Shown here in pieces: positions 56,878 to 64,000 of a stretch of DNA of 64,000 nt (positions within the stretch are counted from its first letter, which is position 1; each line of letters opens with the position of its first letter). Origin of the DNA: a bacterium (GTDB lineage: Archaea > Thermoplasmatota > E2 > JACPAO01 > JAHFTW01); NCBI GenBank assembly GCA_040390065.1, contig JAZJZE010000001.1, positions 128,001 through 192,000 of the forward strand, in the 5' to 3' direction. Position numbers and translations under genes: made by a program. The notes under the pieces were generated by a model. The model was given only the letters and a program-made list of their open reading frames with translations. It had not been told where the DNA came from and ran no database searches.

Positions 56878-57966
56878 GTGGCATCTGGATCTGGGCCGGC
56901 CGGCTTTCTTCTAGCCAGTCTGTTCCTGCTTGCCGGCTGCGGGGGCTTGGGAGATCCAGCAACCCTTGCCGGCGACGACCCGACGAACGGCACCGCTGGC
57001 GTCAATCTCGTATCAGCGCGCGACATATCCTGCGCGTCGGACCCGCAGTTCTTGCAGGCGGCAGACAACGGCGCCGACCTGATTGTTACCATCAGGTCAA
57101 GCAACCTGACGCTGCTGCAAGCCGGTTCAGCGAACGTCAACGCGCCCGAATTTGGGGTGTTCCTTCCCCTTGCCCCCGGTGGCCACATCCAAATTGAAGT
57201 CGCGGACGATGAAGGCGACGGAGCGAGCGTCCCCTGCGATGTCGCCGCGGGGCCGGGCCGCATCGCGGACGTGCTGTGGGACGGCCATGCCAGGACCGTC
57301 GATTTGCAGGGCGACGGGCCCGGTTCCGTGGCCGTCCGGCTGGAACTTGGGTTTGCGCCCAAGTTGCTTTCGGAGGTGCATGCGGCCGAGGAGACGCCAA
57401 ACGGCGCGACCATTGCGTGGACCCCTCTGGAGAAGCTCGACTCCGTCGAGGTGCTGGTGTCGCCGGGAAAGGTATCGTCCGCGACCCGCACGGCGTCGAG
57501 CCTTGGGGTAGGTGGCTTGTGCGATGGCATGGCATACCAGGCCCGCGTCATCGCCGTGGCGGGCCGATGGCACATCGGTCAGGCGTTGGACTTTGCCTTG
57601 CCCAACGAAGCGCCCGCCGCGCCGCGGGTGTTGTCTGCCCACCTTGATCGCTGGGGGACGTCCGTCGCATGGGAGAACCCAAGCCCCCATGACACGGACA
57701 GATTCGAGGTCTATGCTGGCCCCGCCGGCTTTTCGCCGGATGACCGCCACTTGCGTGCGGTGGACCGCAGTCCGGGCGTGTACTGGGACGAGCGTCAGAC
57801 GTTCCAACCCGCAAGCGGGGACGCCGAGGTCGTCATCCGGACCCTTGACGACGGCGGCCTGACGACCGATTCCACGCCGTTTGCCATTGGTGACGGCGAC
57901 GTGAAGGGCACCACCTTCGGAATGCATGAGTGCCAACCACCCGGCTCGGCGCCCTCGTGGCCCTAG
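56878..57966 (+). CDS. Lipoprotein with fibronectin-III-like repeats
   Basis: LLAGC lipobox; ATIAW..GL.DG.AYQARVIAV; PNEAPAAP..VAWE. Confidence 0.7.
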   Translation: MASGSGPAGFLLASLFLLAGCGGLGDPATLAGDDPTNGTAGVNLVSARDISCASDPQFLQAADNGADLIVTIRSSNLTLLQAGSANVNAPEFGVFLPLAPGGHIQIEVADDEGDGASVPCDVAAGPGRIADVLWDGHARTVDLQGDGPGSVAVRLELGFAPKLLSEVHAAEETPNGATIAWTPLEKLDSVEVLVSPGKVSSATRTASSLGVGGLCDGMAYQARVIAVAGRWHIGQALDFALPNEAPAAPRVLSAHLDRWGTSVAWENPSPHDTDRFEVYAGPAGFSPDDRHLRAVDRSPGVYWDERQTFQPASGDAEVVIRTLDDGGLTTDSTPFAIGDGDVKGTTFGMHECQPPGSAPSWP

Positions 57967-58027
57967 CGGTTCGGGTGCCGCGCCGCAGGCCTAATGAGTT
58001 ATCAGACACGCCCTCGTCGCCGTCGTC

Positions 58028-59218
58028 GTGAAGGTCGGACTCGTCGGCAAGCCGAACGTCGGCAAGTCGACGTTCTTCGCGGCCGCGACGCTTGCGGAGG
58101 CGGCCATCGGGAACTATCCGTTCACGACCATCAACGCGAACCACGGCGTCGGCTACGTCCGCGTCCCCGACCCCGGCGCCTCCTTCGGCGTCCACAGCAC
58201 GCCTCGCCATGGCAAACTCGTCGGCGCGACGCGCTACGTGCCCGTCGAACTCGTCGACGTCGCCGGCCTTGTCCCCGGAGCCCACGAAGGCCGCGGCCTT
58301 GGCAACAAGTTCCTCTCCGACCTGTCGCAGGCGGACGCGCTCATCCACGTCGTCGATGCCGCCGGCGCCACCGACGCCGAAGGAAACGTGCTTCCCCAAC
58401 GCGGGCACGACCCGCTTGCGGACGTCGCGTTCCTGGAGGACGAGATCGACTGGTGGATCGAGGGCATCCTCGAGGACGGTTGGGACCGCATGGCCAAGCG
58501 CATCCAGATGGAGGGCCGCAAGCTTGAGGTCGCAATCGCGGAGAAACTCGGCGGCATCGGTGTCGGCGAGGCGTTGGCGGCGAAGGGCCTGCGAGAGGCC
58601 GGGTTGTTTGGCAAGAAGCCGACGGAACTGCACGCAGAAGGCCTGTTGGCATTGGCCCGCGCCATCCGGAAGGCGTCCAAGCCCATCGTGCTGGCGCTCA
58701 ACAAGGCGGACCTGGCCACGCCCGCAGAACTTTCCGCCATCGAGTCGAAGCTCTCGCTGCCGCACGTGCGAACGAGCGCGCAGTCGGAACTCGCGCTGCA
58801 GAAAGGCGCCCAAGCCGGCCTCATCGACTACGCGCCGGGCGCCGCGATGTTTGCAGCGAAAGGCACGCTCACGGCGGCGCAGCAGAAAGGCCTCGACTAC
58901 ATCCGCGACCACGTCCTCGGGCCGCTCGGCTCCACCGGCGTCGTGCCGGCCATCGAAGTCGCGGTCTTCCAACTCCTGCAACGCATCCCCGTCTTCCCCG
59001 TCGAGGACGAGGCGAAGCTCACGGACAAGGAAGGCCGCGTCCTGCCCGACTGCCACCTCGTCGCCCCCGGCACGACGGCGCGCCAGCTTGCGTACAAGGT
59101 GCACACGGACCTCGGCGAGCACTTCATCCGGGCGATTGACTGCAAGACAAAACGGGCCATCGGGCATGACCACGTCCTTGCGGCCGGCGACGTGGTGAAG
59201 ATCGTGGCGAAGGCGTGA
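58028..59218 (+). CDS. ychF: OBG-family ATPase YchF (archaeal type)
   Basis: GKPNVGKST, NYPFTTI, DVAGL and NKAD motifs; TGS domain. Confidence 0.96.
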   Translation: MKVGLVGKPNVGKSTFFAAATLAEAAIGNYPFTTINANHGVGYVRVPDPGASFGVHSTPRHGKLVGATRYVPVELVDVAGLVPGAHEGRGLGNKFLSDLSQADALIHVVDAAGATDAEGNVLPQRGHDPLADVAFLEDEIDWWIEGILEDGWDRMAKRIQMEGRKLEVAIAEKLGGIGVGEALAAKGLREAGLFGKKPTELHAEGLLALARAIRKASKPIVLALNKADLATPAELSAIESKLSLPHVRTSAQSELALQKGAQAGLIDYAPGAAMFAAKGTLTAAQQKGLDYIRDHVLGPLGSTGVVPAIEVAVFQLLQRIPVFPVEDEAKLTDKEGRVLPDCHLVAPGTTARQLAYKVHTDLGEHFIRAIDCKTKRAIGHDHVLAAGDVVKIVAKA

Positions 59219-59308
59219 CGGCCCTGGCCTGCGGTAAAAACCCTCCTGTTGCCCTCCTGGCCCTGGGCGAGAAACCTTAATGGCCCGTAGGCCTGCCCCG
59301 CACCGTCC

Positions 59309-59674
59309 ATGAGCACGCCGCTGGCCGCATCCCGGCGCGTCAAGGAGAACCGCTTTTTCCAGAACCGCGTGGAAATCGCGCCTCCCGCGCCGCCGGCACT
59401 CCCAGGTTCCGCCTCGCCTACCAAGCGCCTCGAAGACGAGGACGAGATCAAGGTCTTCCTGCACGACGAGGGCCCGGTCGCTGACGGCGTCCGCCGTGTC
59501 CTTGCTGCCGTGAAGGCCAAGCGCGCCGAGCTCGGCAACGAGTGGGACGTCCGCGGCGCCGTTGCGCACTTCGTCCAGGCCTACCACCACGCGGTGCCGA
59601 AGGCGGACAAGGAGTACGTCCGCGGCATGAACCTCGCGCTCAAGGTCTACTTGGGACAGAAAGAGGGATTGTGA
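59309..59674 (+). CDS. Hypothetical protein
   Basis: Host-like codon usage; TGATG coupling to the next gene. Confidence 0.7.
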   Translation: MSTPLAASRRVKENRFFQNRVEIAPPAPPALPGSASPTKRLEDEDEIKVFLHDEGPVADGVRRVLAAVKAKRAELGNEWDVRGAVAHFVQAYHHAVPKADKEYVRGMNLALKVYLGQKEGL

Positions 59675-60306
59675 TGGCGACGCGAAAGGCAAGCACGACG
59701 AAGCACGCCAAGACCGCGCCTGCCCCGCACACGGCGAAGGAGATCCTCGCCGCCGTGAAGGGCAAGAAGCTCAAGGTCGACGCACACGTCGACGCGCCCA
59801 CGAAGCCGCGCGGCAAGAAGGAGCCGCTGCGCGCCAAGGAGATCCTGAAGAACGCCAAGGCCGGCAAAGTCGAGACGAACCAGGACGCCCTCGAACCGCA
59901 ACTGCGCCGCGCCGCCGACATCCTCAAGGAACTCCGCAAGGAGCACTTCGAGTTCCACCACGCCGGCGCCGCCAAGAACGCCTTCGACCCGAACGCCTTC
60001 AACGAGTTCTTCATGGCGGAAATCGAGGCCGAGATCGCCAAGGTCGCCACCATCTACAACGACCGCTTCGCGCGCTGGCGCTGCCAGTGCTGCGACGTCA
60101 TCATCCCCGTCCCCCGCCGCACCACCGTGTACCACGGCGACTACGTCCTCGAGCACGACGACACCCTCGGCCTCATCGTCAACGGCGAGCGCTGGGTGCC
60201 GAAGGCCGAGACGCCCCTCGAAGTCGTCCAGCCGGGCCGCCTCAGGAACCCGTGGACCGGCCGCACCATCGAAGGCAAGGACGCCGGAACGACTGGCGCG
60301 TACTAG
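59674..60306 (+). CDS. Hypothetical protein with a Lys/Ala-rich N-terminus and a CQCC motif
   Basis: MATRKASTTKHAK..; repeated AKEIL; very strong GC3 bias. Confidence 0.75.
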   Translation: MATRKASTTKHAKTAPAPHTAKEILAAVKGKKLKVDAHVDAPTKPRGKKEPLRAKEILKNAKAGKVETNQDALEPQLRRAADILKELRKEHFEFHHAGAAKNAFDPNAFNEFFMAEIEAEIAKVATIYNDRFARWRCQCCDVIIPVPRRTTVYHGDYVLEHDDTLGLIVNGERWVPKAETPLEVVQPGRLRNPWTGRTIEGKDAGTTGAY

Positions 60307-61025
60307 CGCCGGCGCCGTTTCCCGGGCAGCGGCACGGGTCGCTGCGCATCCGGCCCCAAGCGCAAAGCCACGAGCGGAGCGAGGGCCAGGAGCACCTTCC
60401 CCTCGGCCTTGCGCACGTGCTCCTCCATCGTGGTGCGCGGCCGGCCAAGGCGTCGCGCGATGTCCTGCATCGTCGCCGTGCGCGGGACGTCGTAGTAGCC
60501 CGCGGCCATCGCGGCCAGCAGCGCCTCGGATTGTTTCCCCGTGAGGCTGCCCAGGATGTCGGCGGCCGTGAACATGAACTGCTCCTCGACGACGGGGGCT
60601 TCGAGCTTGCGCTTGGAGAGGATCTCGAACTCGCCCATCGCGCGCAGTTTGCGGAAGAAGCCAGGCAGCAGGGCTTCGTCGAAGCAGAAGACGCGAAACG
60701 TGTCCCACCCGGCCTGCAGGACAATGGGCGGGATGAGGAGGCAACCGTGGTCCTCGACGAGCCGGCTCACGGACGGCGCGGTTCCATGCGGGCAGTTGAA
60801 CACCAGCGTCCGAGGCGGCGCCCGTTCGTCGCCGAGGCGGCGCACACCATCCAGTTCCCGCGCGAAGCGGCCTGCAATCGCGGTCGTTTGTGCGGCGTCG
60901 CGTGCTTGGATCTCGACGACGTCGTTTTGCAGGTTGCACCACAGGACGAGGCGGGCATCCGGGTGCGCCGCCGCGATGCGCGTCATGGGGCGGTCCCGCC
61001 GCAAGCGGAAGACGACGTGGATCAT
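60303..61025 (-). CDS. Bacterio-opsin-activator-type (HTH_10) regulator
   Basis: LTGKQSEALLAAMAAGYYDVPR..ATMQDIA..EEHVRKAE. Confidence 0.9.
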   Translation of the reverse strand: MIHVVFRLRRDRPMTRIAAAHPDARLVLWCNLQNDVVEIQARDAAQTTAIAGRFARELDGVRRLGDERAPPRTLVFNCPHGTAPSVSRLVEDHGCLLIPPIVLQAGWDTFRVFCFDEALLPGFFRKLRAMGEFEILSKRKLEAPVVEEQFMFTAADILGSLTGKQSEALLAAMAAGYYDVPRTATMQDIARRLGRPRTTMEEHVRKAEGKVLLALAPLVALRLGPDAQRPVPLPGKRRRR

Positions 61026-61129
61026 GCGCGCGCCAAGGTCTCCGCCCTCATGAAACGATAGCCGTCACATGACGGTTCCGGCAAAGCCCGTCATTTGACG
61101 GCATCGGGCTCTTCCCATGCGGCTGGCTG

Positions 61130-62413
61130 TTGGCCCTCGTGCCTCACTCCAAGCGACCAATCCACCCGGCCTGGCTCATCCTTGCCGTGGCCTTCCTCGC
61201 GGTCATCCTGCCAGCCGCCATCCGCGGCCTGCTGTCCATCCTGGCCGTTCCCCTCGAGTCGGAGTTTGGCTGGGGCCGCTGGGTCGTCTCGGCCGCCGCC
61301 GGGACCAGCATGCTCCTGTTCGGTATCCTCGGCCCCTTCGTCGCCGCAGCCGTCGACCGGTATGGAGGCCGGCGCGTCATGGTGGCGGGCCTGGTCCTCC
61401 TGGTGGCTAGCACGGCGGTGGCCCCGTGGGTTCGCGACCCCTGGGGCTTCATCCTCTTGTGGGGCGTCATGGGCGGCCTCGGTTCGGGTCTCTTGGGGAT
61501 CGTCTTCGGCGCCTCGGTCGTTGACCGCTGGTTTGCCAAGCGGCGCGGTCTTGCCATGGGCATCCTGAGCGCGGCCATCGCGACAGCCCAGCTCGTCGTC
61601 TTGCCGCCGGCCGCCCTTCTCGTCCACGCCTACGGATGGCGGGCCGGTGCCATCGTCGCCGCCCTGCTCGCCTCCGTCGTCCTCACGGCAGCGCTTCTAT
61701 GGATGCGAAACCGCCCCGGCGACGTCGGCCTCGGCCGCTACGGCGAGTCGGCGGAGGCGACGCAGAGTCAGCCGGCCCGCATGGGCGCCCTCCCGGTCCT
61801 CCGCGAGGTGATCGGCCGGCCCGCATTCTGGATGCTGGCCTTCCCGTTCTTCGTCTGCGGCCTCACGACGGGGGGCCTCATCGCCGTCCATCTCGTGCCC
61901 GCGTCGCTCGAGCACGGCATGCCCGAGATGGCGTCGGTCATGCTCCTGTCCACGATTGGCATCTTCGACTTCGTCGGCTCATTGTCCTCCGGCTGGTTGT
62001 CCGACCGCTGGAACAACGCCCACCTCCTCGGAGCCTACTATGGCATCCGGGGCCTCTCTCTCCTTGCGCTTCCGGCCGCCTTGAACGCGGGCGCGCCGGC
62101 CATGGTCATTTTCACGCTCGTCTACGGCCTCGGTTGGGTCGCAACGGTTCCGCCCACGGCGAGGCTCTGCACGGCGCTCTTCGGCGCCCGCGGCCCCGTC
62201 GTCTTTGGTTGGGTCTACGCGGTCCACCAGGTCGGCGCTGCCGTGGCCGCCCTCGGCGCTGGCGTGGTCCGAGACGCAACGGGTTCGTACTCACCGGCCT
62301 TCATGGCGGCGGCCATCATGGCCCTCGGGGCCGCTGCGATGTCATTGTCCATCCGGGTGCCGGCCGCAACTGCCAACCCTGCACCAGCACCGATCGCTTC
62401 GGAGGCGGCATGA
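61130..62413 (+). CDS. MFS transporter
   Basis: About 12 TM; DRYGGRR, WFAKRRGLAMG and GWLSDRW motifs. Confidence 0.93.
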   Translation: MALVPHSKRPIHPAWLILAVAFLAVILPAAIRGLLSILAVPLESEFGWGRWVVSAAAGTSMLLFGILGPFVAAAVDRYGGRRVMVAGLVLLVASTAVAPWVRDPWGFILLWGVMGGLGSGLLGIVFGASVVDRWFAKRRGLAMGILSAAIATAQLVVLPPAALLVHAYGWRAGAIVAALLASVVLTAALLWMRNRPGDVGLGRYGESAEATQSQPARMGALPVLREVIGRPAFWMLAFPFFVCGLTTGGLIAVHLVPASLEHGMPEMASVMLLSTIGIFDFVGSLSSGWLSDRWNNAHLLGAYYGIRGLSLLALPAALNAGAPAMVIFTLVYGLGWVATVPPTARLCTALFGARGPVVFGWVYAVHQVGAAVAALGAGVVRDATGSYSPAFMAAAIMALGAAAMSLSIRVPAATANPAPAPIASEAA

Positions 62414-62757
62414 GCGAAATGGCCCGGCCCCGCGCCTACGTCTTGATCGACGTGGACGTGCACGACGCGGCGCAGTACGCCAAGTACCTGCCCCTCGGTG
62501 ACATCGCGGCCGCAGCCAACGGAGCCAAGTTCCTTGCACGGGGCGGCCAAGTCGTCCCCCTCGAAGGCGGATGGCAGCCGCGCCGCGTCGCCGTCCTAGA
62601 GTTTGCGGACGTCGATGCCGCGCGGCGTTGGTACGATTCGCCCGAGTACAGGAAGGCCAGGGAGGCCCGCGCCGGCGCCGCCACCTTCCGGGCCGTCATC
62701 GTCGAAGGCATCCCCCCTGATTGGCGGCAACCGGTCCGCCCGGCGGCTGTTAAATAG
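62410..62757 (+). CDS. DUF1330 family protein
   Basis: GAKFLARGG..LEG.W..VLEF..ARRWYDSPEY..R. Confidence 0.88.
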   Translation: MSEMARPRAYVLIDVDVHDAAQYAKYLPLGDIAAAANGAKFLARGGQVVPLEGGWQPRRVAVLEFADVDAARRWYDSPEYRKAREARAGAATFRAVIVEGIPPDWRQPVRPAAVK

Positions 62758-62881
62758 GGGTTGTTCGTCGCAAATCTTGCAAGAGCGGCTTCGGCCGCAC
62801 TGGCTCTGGAATGTGGCCTTCGGGCTGAACCGGAAAAACCGCGCCCCCCTGCTCATGCAGGGATGCACGAAGGTGCACCAC

Positions 62882-63517
62882 ATGCCCAACGCGTACCACT
62901 ACATCGGAGAAGCCTGGAAGAACCACGAGAACGGCTACGGCACGGCCCAATGGAGCCGCCTCGTGGAATGGCGCGCCGGCGACTCGTTCGTCCGCGTCGA
63001 CCGCCCCCTGCGTCTCGACCGCGCCCGCAGCCTGGGATACAAAGCCAAGCAAGGCATCGTGATCGTCCGCGCCCGCGTCCGCCGTGGTGGCCTGCACAAG
63101 GTCCGCCCGGTCCAGGGCCGAGTCCCCTCCAAGATGGGTGTCAACAAGATCACGATGCGCGAGAACATCCAGTCCATCGCGGAGATCCGCAGCTCCAAGC
63201 ACTTCCCCAACCTGGAGGTCCTCAACTCCTACTGGATCGGCGAGGACGGCAAGCACCAGTACTACGAGGTCATCATGGTGGACCCGCACCACCCGTCCAT
63301 CATCAACGACAAGGACCTCGGCTGGCTCGCCACGACGCCGGCGACGAAGCGTGTCCTGCGCGGCCTGACGTCGGCCGGCAAGAAGCACCGCGGCCTGCGC
63401 TACAAAGGCAAGGGCTCGGAGCACACGCGCCCGTCCGTCCGACAGTCCGGCGTGCGCGCCAAGGACAAGCTCCTGTGGAAGAAACAGGACCAGGCGCGCA
63501 GAATCCGCGTCAGCTAG
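62882..63517 (+). CDS. rpl15e: 50S ribosomal protein L15e
   Basis: RLDRARSLGYKAKQG, NLEVLNSYWIGEDG and RGLTSAGKKHRGL motifs. Confidence 0.98.
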   Translation: MPNAYHYIGEAWKNHENGYGTAQWSRLVEWRAGDSFVRVDRPLRLDRARSLGYKAKQGIVIVRARVRRGGLHKVRPVQGRVPSKMGVNKITMRENIQSIAEIRSSKHFPNLEVLNSYWIGEDGKHQYYEVIMVDPHHPSIINDKDLGWLATTPATKRVLRGLTSAGKKHRGLRYKGKGSEHTRPSVRQSGVRAKDKLLWKKQDQARRIRVS

Positions 63518-63671
63518 GCGAAGCCTGCGACACGCCTGATTCTGAGCGGCCTGCCGCTGCGGTCCGACTTGCTCGGGCCGCAGCGCCAGGCGTGCCGCAT
63601 GCGTGTCATCCAGCCGCCCTCGACCGTCGATGGCGCAGCTCACGTCGCTGCGCAATGGCTAAGCGAAGCGC

Positions 63672-63872
63672 ATGCCATTGCGCCGCGTGGCATTCACCCA
63701 CAACGGCTACACCCTGCACGCACGCGAGGTCGCCTTGAAGGGCGGCCACAAGCAGGTCATCTATTTCTTCAGCCAGCGCAGGCCTCAAAGCGGCATGCCG
63801 GTCGAGATGCCCGAAGGGTACGACGTGGCCGTCAACAAGCGCACGGGGCTGCCGTACCTGAAGAAGAAGTAG
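63672..63872 (+). CDS. Small basic protein; stand-alone form of the NGYTLH..YFF..TGLP domain
   Basis: FTHNGYTLH..IYFFS..PEGY.V.VNKRTGLPYLKKK aligns with internal domains of 38886..39932 and 40431..41273. Confidence 0.85.
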   Translation: MPLRRVAFTHNGYTLHAREVALKGGHKQVIYFFSQRRPQSGMPVEMPEGYDVAVNKRTGLPYLKKK

Positions 63873-64000
63873 TGCGGCGCGACGGTTTCGCCTCGCTCAC
63901 CCATCGCGCCGGGGGCCGCCGTCGGCGACCCGCACGCGCTCGCCTGCGGCTCGCGCGTCGCGCCTGTTGGGCCACAACCTCTTGCAAGTTGTTTGCGGCG

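Noticed and set aside
32026-59692. Long antisense ORFs 32026..34110, 36885..38867, 46439..47782, 51225..52994 and 57833..59692
   Set aside because: Each mirrors a well-supported gene on the opposite strand and has no motifs of its own.
1-64000. CRISPR array or rRNA
   Set aside because: No regularly spaced repeat-spacer series and no rRNA-like sequence; the repeats found are pairs or dispersed palindromes.

Overview
High-GC archaeal DNA: it carries rps3Ae, rpl15e, spt5, secE/Sec61-gamma, nurA, an archaeal RibD-type reductase, TrmB and Bat-type HTH regulators, and a tRNA-Arg without encoded CCA. The gene style suggests Thermoplasmatota, which is inference. About 3.0-31.4 kb is an accessory integrated element. 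It holds a truncated tyrosine integrase, a Sec-type RHS toxin with a lipoprotein immunity candidate, surface proteins, a UvrD helicase and an HTH/coiled-coil protein. From 31.5 to 64 kb the window is mostly core genome. Four observations stand out. (1) The island appears to have integrated inside a member of a dispersed family of nested-palindrome intergenic repeats, with three copies in the window; in silico excision restores the repeat's terminal stem and yields a canonical inverted-repeat attP. (2) The 3' ends of the two convergent genes flanking the island are duplicated and fused at a GACGTG microhomology. (3) In a six-gene operon, a soluble histidine kinase and two small basic Zn-finger proteins share an N-terminal domain I do not recognise, alongside a stand-alone receiver. 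(4) Spt5 carries an insertion and is followed by a translationally coupled stand-alone KOW protein. All calls come from motif reading only; no database searches were run.
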